64,000 bases of DNA from positions 13,516,001-13,580,000 of the forward strand of contig OZ193909.1 in NCBI GenBank assembly GCA_964276515.1. Direction: 5' to 3'. This DNA comes from Gordius albopunctatus (taxonomy: Eukaryota). The position numbers and the translations under genes are program-made. Below the pieces are notes generated by a model. The model did no database searches and had not been told where the DNA came from. It saw nothing but the letters and a program-made list of their open reading frames with translations. Positions 50,501 to 63,990 of the stretch are shown in pieces. Position 1 is the first letter of the stretch. The number at the start of each line of letters is the position of its first letter.

Positions 50501-53500
50501 ATTTATTAATTTCACTCTTATACAGGTTGAGGGCGATAAAGTGATAGACTTGGGGTATGTGGATGTGGAGCAAAATGTGAGTCGTAGCTTATCACTTTCC
50601 AACAAGTCGAGCTGTAGCGTGCCCTTGTTCGCCCGCCTCTTTTGTGAAAAAGTAATTTTTGATAATTTGATATAAATAGTTTAGCAAATTTTGAAAAAAC
50701 TATATTTGCGAAGGTTTTAGTCATTTATTCTATGTTTAAGATATGTTAATGTTAAACTGGGATTTATATATGATTGTTAGGTTCTAAAAATATTTAAACA
50801 TGTTAGGCTAGCACAGGTTAATGAGAACATTCGACCAACTGAGAAAGTGAAGTGGCCTTTTAAAACTTATATATGCTTTTATAATGTTGCACTTTTAAAT
50901 TTCTGGGTGTATTTCATATGTAATCAATTTTTTTAATTGATACCCGTGAATTTATTTATATTTATGTGAGTGTGATTCGCGACTATAAGACTACAATGTT
51001 CAATAGCTGTTAATACTTTCGTTTAAAATTCATGGTCCACTACGAATTACTAGAATGGCCATGTTATTAATTATCATATTTAAAATTAAACTATTATGTC
51101 TACCTTAATAATATAAAATTATTTAAAATCGCAAAAATAGTTTCCCCAATTTTTTAAATGCATGTACGCTAAGTAACCTTTCTTTTTTCCATTTTTGTGC
51201 TAAGTTTTTCCCCAATTAGATTTAACATGTGTAAGCATGAGGGTAGCCAGCATTAGAATTAGAGGGGGCCATTATGATTTAGCGAAGGGCAAAATGAACA
51301 TTTTGCGAAGTTTTAGTCATAATTTTAATAAATTTAGAGGGGGGCAGCCGCCCTTCCCTGCCCCCTTCCCCTGGCTACACCCATATGTGTAAGCTATTTG
51401 AAATAATTAAATTTTTTGTCCATCTTTATAATAACATTAGCCGTGCCCTTACAACGTTCATTTCACGATTGACAGTGGAGATTCCGGATATCAACCCAGC
51501 TTGAGTTCGGATCTCAGTTTTACACTTTACCCAGCACAATCAATACGTGTCAACCTATTACTCCACCCAAATAGTACCGGTGACGAGGCTGTCGATTTAA
51601 AATCTCTCCCAGGTAAAAGAAAATGGCCCCCAAAAAACATATTTCATTGTCCTTTTATTGCAAGTCTTTTTGGTTGATGTGATGGTAAAAGATAGGTTTT
51701 AAGGGTTTAAAGATTTGGTAAGGTCTTAGTGTGGTTTATAAATAATGATATGAGAAAATGCCATTTTAACCTTCATCTAGCTACTCTATCACAGTATAAA
51801 TATTGATTTTTGGAGGACTATTGGCATTAATTAATTTAATTTGGGAAGAAGGGAGGCTGCAGTTAGACGTTTTGAGAAAACAATTGTAAATCACCCTGGT
51901 TAGATGGTTTATGGTTCAAACCTCTATTCGTCTTTTCCTTATTGTCTTCATTTTATTATTTCTTAAAGGATTGATTAAATCAATATGTAGGCACTTTAAA
52001 ATTTGTCCCGATATTTCACCAAAGGTATTGATTAAATTGGTGACTAAGGCTATTTTGGTTAAAATTAACTGAAAAACCGATCACAAACTAGCGTGCTTTG
52101 TAAAATTTTAAGAATGCTTAAATGATTACTTGTTTTTTAGCTAAAATTTAGGCTTATTTTTAAAAGAACTTAGTCAATTAAAAGTCTTAAGTCTCAGAAT
52201 TTGCGAGCTTATTTGGGGGTCCTATATAAACCTTGTTAATTCACAATATCGTTCTAGACTTTTTTCGGGTATCAGCATCGATGCGCCTATACGTGGATAA
52301 ACCTGCCCTAGAATGTGAACTTAATGACATTCCCATCATTGGCTGGATGGGCTTTTTTAGACTGGAAATGCCATCAGACGCTCATAAAAAACTGGTATTA
52401 CTTATGAAATTAACCCATTAATACCGGACACTATTTTTTGTTCCTTCTTTTACAAAAAAAGAAGCTAATTAATTAGCAAACATAATAAAATTAGTTTATA
52501 ATGTAAATCACATCTTAAGCTTAAATAAAAACTAAATTTTATAATATCAAAAGGTCTTTAAGTATGCAAAATAAATTTTAGACTATATGGTATTTTTGCG
52601 TATGATAAATTCGACCGTAGGCTTTAATGGATTAACTTAAAAAAGGATTGCTCGAAAATTCTGTTTAAGCCTACTATCACAAATCTGTAAAATACTATTT
52701 CTAACTAAAATAGTATACTAACCTCCTTTAAACTAATTGCACCCTAGAGATTTCCTATATACCTAAATCAGTTTGACTCGAAGATTTAATTTTTCCCAAA
52801 TTATCCTTTTTGAAATCAGGAAGATGGGCATTATCAAAATCGGGACGTTAAAGGAATCCTCATGAAATATCCGTTCGCCGCGAGGCAATCTCTGTTAGCG
52901 CATAATTTGAGGCGCGACGATAAAACTTTGAAAGTTAGGTTAGAAGTGTTTCCACTACCTCAACTTTTTGTCGTAACCCCTAATGAATCTCAAAATACCG
53001 GAAACCGAGATACTGAATTAAACCTAAAACCGCGTTGTGTGCAAAGGATCGACCTAGACCTTACACGTGCCAGCTATCAGTTAATCGATTTGTTCCAAAG
53101 GCTAGCCATGACTTCTATCGATAGGTTTGATTAGAATTATTGAATACGAATCACGATATTTATGAAAACCAATTTAAGGAACTTTTTTTGAGAGAGGATG
53201 CTAGCTACTTTTGCCTTGTTAAGAGGGAATAATGCATTTTACAATTTCTGCGGCGTGCGAGGGGCCTTAGTTGTATAGGCTTTGTCCTTTAAATAAGAGC
53301 TCCCGAATTAAATTCCGCTCACGGCATTTTCCTTTAAGTCAAGCTTGGGTGGCCAAGCGTCACCCCTCATACAATCTATAAAGAAGCTGACCGCCATGTG
53401 TGACAAACGCCTATAGGGAATTTTATTTTTGAACAATGCAGGTTATAATATATATTCCTTTTAACGATATGTATTTTAAAAGCGTCCTTTTAACAATATT

Positions 53501-56500
53501 CGTAAATACCCTTATTGAGACTGACTTTAAAATTACATAGTTGCGAAAAGACATACATCTGCGTTAAACTTTATTAAAAGGAAATAGTTAGATCTCTTGT
53601 GGAGAGCATTTTCAAATATTTTTAGCATCTTATTAATAAAGTGCTACTTGCAGTTTTGGCATACTTAAAGTCTCTGTTCTTCCAAACAAGTTTGGGCTGC
53701 GGAACTCAATTTTAAATCTGTCAACAATAAAAAACCTAACACTAACCTTTCCGTTCTCATTTTTATAGGGTTTTTAAGATAAAAAATTTCACATGTGCAC
53801 TTTTTGTGATTTATCACCTAAAATGAATAGCAGCAATCCAACAATGTATTTTTTGAAGCTTAGTGCCATTTGCCCGTATTTAGTGCAAAATTTGATGGGA
53901 TTTGGGGTGAATCCTGCACGGGAGTAAAATGGGTTTCCTCGAATTAAGAAATTATTCAATCATTTTTAAGTCATATTTGGTGGAAAAGCAAGCATTGGGG
54001 TCTGGCTTAGGCTAACTTCGTCGCTCGCACATCAGTTTACCCATCTTATGTCAATGTTTATTATAATGGATCTTTTTATAATAAATTACCATTTTTGACA
54101 GCACTCTGAAGGTTAAAACGGGCTATGATAGTCACGATCTCTTCTCAGTACCTATCGCAATCGAAGGTGAGGACCGTGGGATAAACGAACACCCGACCAA
54201 AGATTTCAACAATCTCACACTCACGGCTCCTAGTCTAAGCTCAAACTTCACTAATTTGTCAGAATCTCAAAATTTTCAGAATACTAACTTTAGCTTGGCC
54301 GGGTGGGATTTAAAGGAATCTGGAGATTTAAGGTCGAGCCAAAAATCACCACGTTACGAACGGGTAGGCAGGAGTGTTGCCCAAAGGACTCTAGCATCTA
54401 TATACCACGAAGAAGCCGGTATGTATGAAAATGTTTAAAGCGTAGATTGATTATATCAATCCAAAGGGGTTTACAGATGTTTTTTTTTGTTTTCATTGAA
54501 AACTGTTCTGAATTTTGAAGTGAAATAGTTGGTAAAAATTGTTAATCTTGAGAGGAATATATTTTTAGATATATGATTTTCGTAGCTTGAAAAGTTTTTT
54601 AACTTTTAAATTTTGCTAATTATATTGGCTTATGGTATATAGTGGCATTCAAAATTGTTTTCCCTCGTTTTTAACATTAGGGGTAGGTATGATGTGTCCA
54701 ATGCATTAAATAACCTTGCTGCAAAAGCCTTTATTACATAGTGCTTTCATTTGTCCACCATATAATGATGTACCGTGCGTGACCCGCTTGATTTAATAAA
54801 GATTTAACTGGGACATTCAATTTTAAATGAATTCGATGGGCAATCCCGCATATGAGGGGGGAAGGGGGGGGGGTCTGTTTCGCCAATTTTTATTAGCCTT
54901 CTTATTAGTTCTCCTCAAGTTTAATTGTAACCTTGCAGAATTCTGTTCCCTCTACGCCCTCATTAAAAGTATGAGAGTCATGGTTGATTCGGGAAAATTT
55001 TTGCATTTCCATTAGGTGACATGATATCGGAAAAGGGCACTGCCTTGAAATTTGAACCCGAAATCATTTGTTGGCAAGATCATCGCAATCCTTGCAAAAT
55101 GAGTCTTTCAAAATGTCAACTAAAATCGTTCAACGCCTCAAACAAAGCCCTCAAGGCGACCCTAACCATAGGTCCATCTACTTTGTACACCGAACCATTG
55201 GGAACGAAATCAGGCGAGTACGTGTCCGCCAGTATTTCTTCCCCTTTTTACGTAAGTCGCTACATTTACATTTTTAGTGTCAGAACTTATTTTTTTAATT
55301 TGTGAGGGTTTATTTGAAATGATTTGCCCTTTTAAGTAACGCGATGTGGTTACGCGCAATAATTTTAAGGGATAATATGGGAATTATTATTGTTGTAAAT
55401 AGAGGACAAAAATCGCTTGCCTATTACTAAAAGTGAAGATGCGAATGACTTTTTTGCGCCACAAAATTATAATGTTATAAAAATCATTGAGTATAATCAT
55501 TTTATTAGAGGAATTTGACGTCAAATTAACTTCGCGTTAAAAAGTCATATCTTTTTTGAAGAGCGCAAAAATTTCACTAAAATAAATAATAGAGTTGTTT
55601 TACGATATAGTTACTAATAAATCAATAAAATATAACAAAAAACCCATTTTATACCTTATTCGTGACAATGAAGTCAGTCGCTATTTTGATTTGTTTTAAT
55701 TATAAATTGGTGGAGAATGGGGGTCAAGGATTGTGGTAATAGTGCTAATTTATGTTACTATAGATAGTTATAAAATAGCAACAAGAGATTTTTTAATGGT
55801 CATTTTGGCGTTCAAAGTAATAAAAAGTACATGTTTGGTTTTTTCCACTATTTCCAGTTGGTCACCTCGCAATTTATTTTATTTGATATAAAGTTAGTAA
55901 AACACATCTGTTTCAAATTTTAAAAGGTTTGGGGCAAGTCCACGGTAAAATGACATTTTGGCCATCATCAGTTGACCAATTGACAAAAAAAATTGAATTT
56001 TTTATGGATACAATGAGATTTTATGATTAGGGGTGAATGATTTCAAAAAATTTTCGAATTTAGCGTCATAACCCGATGTCCTAAAAGACACATTTTGACC
56101 TTTAAACTCGAAAAGTAGTGGGCCAAATGAACTTAAAATTTCATAATATCAATAGTTTCTACAATTTCACCGAATTTTATAAAAATCTGAAGGGGTTTAT
56201 AAAGTTATGTAAATTAAAAGGGTGTTTTAGTTTTATTTCAATGTTAAGTAAAAAATTATAAAATATTAGGTAGTTTATGCCAAGTTTTTTATTGGAATTG
56301 TAAGTATTCTATTCTCATTTTAAAATGACATTTTAAGCTTTTAGAGTACATTACTTTATTTTTCAGTTCATCGAAAACGAATCGAGCCATAATCAAGAAA
56401 CGCAACAGTTAGTGGTCGAATCGCAACCCGGAGAAACGTTGATATATTACATTTACTACAAAGCCCCCGGTCCCGGCATTTATTCTAGTCATATTTGTGT

Positions 56501-59500
56501 CCGTTGTGATAATATGCCCCAACACGATTTCAAAGTTATTAACATTTTTTTACCTCAGCCAAATTACCGATAAAACTATAGCGAACATTAAAGTTTTTAG
56601 TTAATGATATGACATAACTCTGTGACTCAATTGCGTGTATAGTTCAAAATAAATTTCAAATGGTTTTTACGTCAGTGAATGCTAGTTTACAACATGGAGA
56701 TTAAATTTTTATTAGTAATCATATCCCAAATTTTGCGAAGGAGTTGATATCTTACAAAAATGTAAGCTGTTAGATTTATAGACTAGCTCATTTATGTAGG
56801 AAGATTCTATGCTTTATAGGGTTGAATCTTACAAAATATATTAATTTAAAATGAAGATGAGCTTAAGTTGTTTACTTTGTCATGATAATCTTGGCAACAA
56901 TGTATCTGTGCGAATTTATAAACATCACGTAGATACCAATCTTAGCCATTTCGGGAGATTGTGAAGTAACCTTAAAGATGTCACCGCACCTCAATAACGC
57001 AGCTAGTAATGTCTCGCATGGCAATGCACTTTGCGTCGTCGAATCATATAATTTGAAATCACTCAATTGCCATAAAGATCATCGAAAGGGGAGAGCTCTT
57101 CAATACGAGTTCGAAATTCAAAACCGGGGCACCTTATCGGCTTTCCTTTACACCTCCTTAAAGTTGTGCTCGGGTAAGGAAGATATACCCATTACTTGAA
57201 TAAAAAAAAGTATTTCATGATGAGTAAGTTTAAGGGAAGTTACCTAAAAAGTGCCTGAATGTTGAAAATGGAAGCTTTAGATAAACTATAGTCTCGTAAA
57301 AAGGCTTTTGGTCGACTAAACATAAATAGACAACAAAAGGCTTTTTGGTCTGTTTATGTTTAGTCGACCTATAGGCTTAGTCGAAATTGGAAAAATAGGC
57401 TAGAAGCGAGCGTTAGTCTTAGTAAAACCAAAGGACGCCCAGACAAAATCCAGCCCTTTTTACAACACTACTATTTTATTACCAAATAAAATGTCGCGAA
57501 CTGAATGAGTTTGCTTGTTTTAAATTATTTTACTGTGAGCATGATGTATTTCTTATAATAGGCGTGGAATTAAGTATATATTACCTAAAGGATTTTAGGA
57601 GGTGTATCTTAAAATATGTATATTTCTCGGAAAATGCGGAAATTTTTTAAAACACGTCATTACTTGTTAAAACTTTACATGGGGAATCAATTTTTGCATA
57701 CAGACAAGCAATAAAAGTAAAATAACGCTTGATATACGTGATCAAGTGGTAGCTCTAGTCTATAATATATATAAAATTGCATTATTACATAATTTGAAAA
57801 CTATCACCTGAGGTAAATTTGTTTGGGAATTAGATCTATCGCTTAGAGGTTTTATCAAATATGTATGTATTGGTTTTCCAGGAACTCAACAACGAAGTGT
57901 TTTCTACAGTTTTACTATTAAGAACTGTCATATAAACTAGGAATTTTAATGTGTATTGAACACAGTTGGGTTTTATATGTTGCTTTGCCAAACGAGTAGT
58001 TAAGAAAGAGCTTTGTGTAAAAGGATATCTTTCAAAGCTAGTTTTAACTTGGAAATTCTTAAATTGTAAATTTTGCTGTCATCGCTAATATATAGTGATA
58101 GATGAAATATAGAGTTTTATTTCATCTAATTTACTCCTAAAATCCTTAAACCAAAAATTTGATCTAGCTTAGATTATAAACTTAATATTTTATAATTAAT
58201 TTATGTCAGACGATGTGAAAATACATACTGAAACCCCTTTTATGTTGGGTCCCAAAGAAACTATAACCGTTAAGGTAGACGTTTCTGGACGTGAAATACA
58301 TGGACCATGTTCGGATAACATATTGGAAATTTATTCTGTGCAAAACATTTATCGCACCAAAATGCGACGGTATTTATATAAAAATATATGTTTAAGTCCT
58401 TAAAACATCTTTTTTATCATGTGGGTGGCTTTTTTGGAAAGCATTTTATGAAATTTTCTACATATTGGGCCCTTGCCCAAAATTTTATTCTGGTGTCGAA
58501 ATTGATTGTTGATCCTGAATATACAATGATAAAGGGCATTTTATAAATATGTTTAACAGATAAATAGCTTGATTATTATTATTTTTGCCTTCCTATATAA
58601 TGAGACCCATTTGCCTCCATTCATATTTCAATATTGTTTATTTACAGGTTTGTTGAGTGTAACGGGATACACGAAGTCCTAATTAATACCTTGAAAAATT
58701 CATGCATAGCCGATATCATACAATTACCCCAATATATTGATTATAGTAATTCCTTTTGGATCTACTTTTTGCTTTGGATTTTTAGTGTCAAATTTCGTTG
58801 ACCAATTACTAAATTTTGTCGTTTTTATGCGTTTTTAAAAAAATTATTTTTTTGGCAGATTGGCTCCCGAGAGCCTTTGACGAATTAAAAGAAGATATTA
58901 CAAATTTCGCTCAAAGTGTCAAGGTGATTAGGATTCAATTATCAACCGATTTAAAATCAGACACTCGCTCTTCATCTCGATTAAGTATATTTTGAATTTA
59001 GTTCATGGACTTAGCCAAATTTAATTTTTGTCTAAATTCTCACTAAAAATATAATGTAGATCTGTTATTGACTTTTTATAATAAATCTCATCAAAGAAAT
59101 AAGCCTTAATTTAAATTCTCAACAAGCCAATGATTTATTATTAACAAATTTTCACTTACAGCTGGAACGAACCTTATGGACGATAAATTAGCTACAGGTA
59201 GACCAGCAAGTAATGGGAGTCCAAACATTTCGAAAAAATCAATAACTAAACCTCGGGGCTCTTTAGCCACTAATGCCCAACCTAAAATTGATGAAGGGCG
59301 ATTAAATGATATCGTTATAAGTCAGCCCAGTCTGACTTTCAGGAAAATAGATGAATCGGGGTTGAAATCGCGCGTTATTAATAAATTGAAAATCATGAAT
59401 AGGAACAAGTTGAAAGAAGCCCAATTACACATAGGAGGACCTTACCTCACGGACAGGGGATTTTACTTAAAGAAAGCGTATCAAAATATTATTATAGCCC

Positions 59501-59649
59501 CACACAAATATGTCAATTTGCCTGTGGAATTTCGTTTTTCTCCCTCGCATAACTCAATAACATCGAATAGAGGGGGTCTCGAAGATAATCTCGACGTTTT
59601 CGACTCAGCGGGACACCTTATTCAGAGAGTCAGACTAGTGGCTGAATGA
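41508..59649 (+). CDS. CEP192: Centrosomal protein CEP192 / Spd-2 homolog, 23 exons, ~1485 aa
   Basis: Phase-consistent exons: 41508-41562, 41600-41938, 42046-42147, 42187-42236, 42283-42531, 43032-43278, 47378-47659, 48313-48341, 48445-48583, 49066-49298, 49870-50028, 50526-50651, 51441-51612, 52258-52394, 52820-53124, 54102-54418, 55016-55251, 56367-56534, 56933-57173, 58210-58369, 58648-58745, 58859-58984, 59162-59649. Acidic disordered N-terminus with SEPLGSYG...ERPHFG; tandem ASH/PapD-like domains with LPETLFFRDSCCV, KIPILAISGDCEVTL, FEIQNRGTLSAFL and terminal FYLK...KYVNLPVEF...VRLVAE, which resemble CEP192 motifs as recalled. Confidence 0.8.
43303..45696 (+). mobile_element. Non-autonomous Helitron in CEP192 intron 6
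   Basis: Inserted between A and T with no TSD; 5' TTTATATATATAAAATTCTCGTG...CTCCTCCGAAACGGCTGGACCGATT; 3' hairpin GCAAAACAACGTTTGC followed by CGGGTCAGCTAG; second inverted copy from 61991. Confidence 0.85.
44580..44890 (+). mobile_element. RTE-clade LINE 3' fragment nested in the Helitron
   Basis: Encodes IMTKMNIQPVADMINENRLRWYEDILR and KVVDMEVPEKRGRGRPCVTW (RTE C-terminal motifs) and ends in an (AAG)n tail. Confidence 0.75.
45700..46005 (-). mobile_element. HINE/DINE-1-like element fragment
   Basis: Ends CCAAAAGCGAGCCCATAAATTGCATGGCAATTAA like 25257-25291; interior inverted-homologous to 39880-40130; a further short end at ~46262-46313. Confidence 0.6.
46675..46992. mobile_element. PIF/Harbinger (Tourist-like) MITE, diverged copy of 842-1179
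   Basis: TAA-GGGCCTGTCTTAATATCAGATT ... ATTAAGACACGTCC-TAA; interior is the reverse complement of 842-1179. Confidence 0.75.
47676..47883. mobile_element. MITE family ending TTACAACACTA
   Basis: Palindromic interior (CAAAAGGCTTTTTG, GGTCGAC); related copies at ~57290-57471, ~46030-46120 and ~12235-12353. Confidence 0.55.
51236..51385. mobile_element. hAT-type MITE (CATGGGCGTAGCC family)
   Basis: CATGAGGGTAGCCAG ... CTGGCTACACCCATA termini with a perfect TSD TGTGTAAG. Confidence 0.8.
57290..57471. mobile_element. MITE family ending TTACAACACTA
   Basis: TAGTCTCGTAAAAAGGC ... GCCCTTTTTACAACACTA; homologous to 47676-47883. Confidence 0.6.
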
Positions 59650-61105
59650 TACTATCGCAACCCAAATAATTGTTTTATCCCAGTTTATGCTGTAAATTTT
59701 TATGAGATATAATATTATAGTATTTATTATTATGCCTTTATAATGGATTAGTGTGTAAATAGTACGAAATGTACAAACGAAAATGTTTTAAAATGCCGAT
59801 AGAATAGTACTTTTTTATATTTATTGATAAAATATTATAAGCTATGCACCTGTTAAATCCTCTATGCAATGGAAAATAAACGACCTAAAATTTGCCTAAG
59901 ATTAATATCCTTTCCTTGTGACAAATCAACACAGTAATAATCTAAAATTTACCCTAATAATACTAATTAGTTTTACAAGATTATAGACATTAACTAAATA
60001 AATTTCTATTTTTCACAATTTAGGCTTTTAATCGAAAGCCAGAAAGATCTTAATAACATATCTCTCGCAATGGGCTAAGTCTAAGTATGTAAGAGTTGGG
60101 CGAACTGGAGCTGCTTTCTCCCTCATAATACCTTTAGTTTAATTAGTTTTAAAGGTGTTATAATTGAACTTGAAGCGCCCCCCCCCCTAATCCAAAACCT
60201 GGCTACGCCCATGTTTGGTTGCGTTATATCTAGTAGAGTAGGCAATATTTGCCCAATGACCATTTATAATTTCCAGGTTTAAAACCGAACTTCACAAAAA
60301 TCTGTGTCTAATATTTTTATTAAGATTTCTAATTTATTTTTATAATTACATACTTTAGGCTACTTGTACTTGGTAAGGTAATACAGATTTAGATGAAAGT
60401 AACCGTGAGACAGTTACGTTTGACAATGTGTGTTTTCGATTAGACTATTTTGTCGGAAGTATTTTTCTGTTTGCTCATTTTTACTTTATTAATAGAAGGT
60501 GAAACAATAAAACCTTTGTTAAGCAAAGTACACATGATAAGCAAATCCGCGGACTTATTTTTATTAGTATACCTATAATAAGCATTCGGGTAAATATGAA
60601 TTATAAGGTTTTTCCTCTCTTGCTTTAAATAATGGTCAAAAACTGCTTACTCCTATTAGTTATTAAAAAAAAAAAATGTGCCGCTAGAATCCTATGTGTT
60701 TTACATAAAAATAATAATTTAACTCTTGTTTATCATGAATATAAATTTAACTTACTATAAAATGCGTTTTTAAAGTCTACGTAATTAAAACACACTTTAA
60801 CGGAAGGGCTGTGTATCATATTTATTAACTTTCTAAAACGGCTTATAAACGTTCCCAAACAAGCATTAGTTTACAACAGATCTAACTTTAATAATTTTAA
60901 CTTTACAAATTTTATTTGACTCTGAAGTATTTTGGCAAATTTACAAGTCATATTTGTAGTAAAATGAAAGTATTTCATTTAGGTGACAACAATTAAGGGC
61001 AAATTAACTTTTGTGTATTTAAAGGATTCAGAGTCGAAAATTTGCTTGGTAATGGACGAATGATTGCATATATTAATGAATTATCTTAACTGTAATCATA
61101 TTTAA

Positions 61106-61673
61106 CCCTCGAGAGCACTCCTGAAAATCCCGAACGCGAGAGCATTCGTGGGGTATATTTGACCCCATTTTTTTAACTTCTTATAACTTTTTAAGTATTT
61201 TTTTTAACCTTTCAAATTTTAAACATGTGTTTATAAAGGTCTTAAGATTGATGGTATAAATTTTGATATGAATCTAATCAACATTACAAAACTTATTAAC
61301 GATTTTCTTGACCCCCATTTTTATTTTGACTATTTTAGAGTTTTACCTCTTGACATCATATACCTTAAAATAAATCAAAATAAACGTGATTTTTTATTAA
61401 AAGAATGTCCAAAATATATTAAAAACACAAATTGTAAAAGATATCATCAAACAAAAAAAATACATACATTTTTTCCAATAGAAAAAAACTTACGTGAGAG
61501 CATTTGTGGGGTACACAGGACCCCTGTGGCCAAAAAGATGCTATATTTTAAAAAGTAGTGGGCCAAAAGTTATGAAATTTTCCTAAAACTTGGTTCTTGG
61601 TAAAATATTAGGCTACTGAAAAGGCCAGATCAATTTGCTTTTAAATGCGTTTTATATTCAAGTTTATCGAGGG
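61106..61673. mobile_element. piggyBac-like non-autonomous element
   Basis: TTAA-CCCTCGA ... TCGAGGG-TTAA; internal repeated GAGAGCATT..TGGGGTA....GACCCC motif at ~61137 and ~61496. Confidence 0.7.
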
Positions 61674-61990
61674 TTAATTAAAATTAGCGTACAAAATTTG
61701 TTTCCTATATTCCAACTATTTACACCGTCTTAATTAACTATCTATCATTGGAAGATTTATAACAGCTTTAATTATTCTCTTTTGCTTTTTGCTCATCCAA
61801 GAATTTACAAGTTAGTTTAACCTTTATCTACAAATTTAACACTAATTAGTAATTACAAAAAAAATATACGATTTTATGTTTTTAATTTTAAGACGCCGAA
61901 TCGGTGCGTAAAAATGCAAACATTCGCTCTTCAAGTAACATAAATATCTCTCTTAATTCTTTTGTCACCATGGTAAAATTTATTTTACAA

Positions 61991-63990
61991 CTAGCTGACC
62001 CGGCAAACGTTGTTTTGCTATATATATTATTTCTAGAAAACACTATAAGTGATGTGCATGCTCATCGTTATGCCTCTATCATATAATGAGCGATTAATAT
62101 ATAATTGTCTTATGGGAAATAATTCACGCTAAATACAAAATATAAACAGATAAAGCAAATTACTTAACATCAAATTTTTTTTTCTTTTCTTTACACATTT
62201 TGCCTATATAAATATACTGTCAAATAAATTAATACATGCCTAAAGAATTATTTAATTTTTAAATTGCCACAAATTTGTTTTTTATTAAGGGTGCTAAAAA
62301 CTTTTTTTGGTCCTACCGCAAAATCACGATTCTGGCAAATGGCCGTTTTTGGGCTTCAATCAAAATCCCAACCCGCCCTGAAAATCGGTTTTATTTTTAA
62401 GCCTGAACATATTTTAGCGCGTCCAGCTTTTCTCTTATTTGGGCAAACTACAATTCCGCTTACATCAGCTTAGAAACTTTAGGTATATCATTGCCCGCCA
62501 ACAGAGCCTTATTGCAATAGCGTCTCATTGTTATCATGTTTTGCTGATATATTGTGTAGTTTAAGCCAACAGGTACCATTATAGACGTAGCCCGACCATT
62601 TAACCTCAATTTTCCTTCCTTTAATTTTACTATTGCTGAAATTGCATAGAAAATGAATGCTCCCAATCCAATACGAATTTGAAGCGCCTAATAAGGTCAC
62701 ACAAAGACAGCAAGTAGACAGGGTTTAAGGGGCGGAGCCCCTTGAGTAAGGTTTAGAGGGGCAGCCCCAGTCGGGGTACAGGGGCGAAGCCCTTTGTTTG
62801 AATCTTCTTCTTCTTCTATCAGTTATTTGGTCCCACGGTCGTGGGGTTTGTTTTGATAAGTTTCTTGCATCTTGACTGGGTGAGTGCCATGTCTTGACTA
62901 CTCTTTAGTTTTCATAACTTTATCGCCTTGCCCGTTCCATGTGACACGGGGTCGTCCTCTTCCTCTCTGTCATTCGTGTCCCCCTTAGTATATCTTCATA
63001 CCACCTTAACCGATTTTCGTTAATAATGTCCGCTATAGGTTGAATATTCATTTTTGTCATGAGAAAGTCATTCGTCATATGGTCGAGCTTAGTTTACGCC
63101 AAGCTTCACCGTAGAATTCTCATCTCTGTGGCTTTTATAAGATTTCCTTCCCTTGTGTTTAATGCCGATGCTTATTAATCAATTTTTAATTCCTTAATTA
63201 ATTTATTATCATAATGTCAAGTTCGACAAAAAATAAGGTTTTTTTAAACTCACTTTGTTGTTCACATGTATTCTTTCACTATTAAATTATTTTAATAATC
63301 CACAGTCCAGGTTTTAAATTCACCATAAAATGACCACTGTCTTACGTAAATTTGTATGAGTAGTTCGGCCCCAGGAGAAAAGCCATTTTTATTTTTGCGC
63401 CCAAATCGATTCCGGATCAACAACATTAATCTCGGTTGTTTCTGAAACATGCGAATATCCCCTAACTTCCTAAACAAATCCTCCTTTTTGTTTAAAATAT
63501 TCCTAGATATACAGCATTAAAAACTGAGATATTATGAGGGGTCGTAAAAAAGCATTGCCCACAAACCTTACCTTGGTCAATAAGCTATCAGTGTACTTAG
63601 ATAATTCATAAAAACCTAAAGCAACCGGTATAAACATGGACGTAGCCAAGCCCTCAAAAATTAAAGTCCGTTTTTCTCCCCTGCTTAAATTGCACATCAA
63701 ATGAAATGTTTTTCAACGAAGTGTAGAAGAGTTTAGGTTAAAGGTTTTCAAAAAACAACACGGGGCCCGGGGGCGCTACCTAACACCAAATAACCGAGGA
63801 CAATAACCTTGTTAGGAGTTAGGGGCGGAGCCCTTCTTAGAGGTCCGAAGAACTGAGTATATCAACATTTATTGGCACTTTGTTGAAAGTATTTTCATTT
63901 TTCTCCTTATTTATCGCGCAAAAATGACAAAATGAGATTTTTTAATTTATTTAGCCACGCAGGAGGGGACACGATCGTTCTATAATAAAA
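61991..63990 (-). mobile_element. Non-autonomous Helitron, inverted second copy (with nested RTE fragment)
   Basis: Begins CTAGCTGACCCGGCAAACGTTGTTTTGC; colinear reverse complement of ~43725-45696, including the RTE fragment at ~62803-63080. Confidence 0.88.

Noticed and set aside
61268..63700. Short ORFs in the right-hand 3 kb
   Set aside because: Nearly all lie within or overlap non-autonomous piggyBac-like or Helitron repeats and show no recognisable domain.
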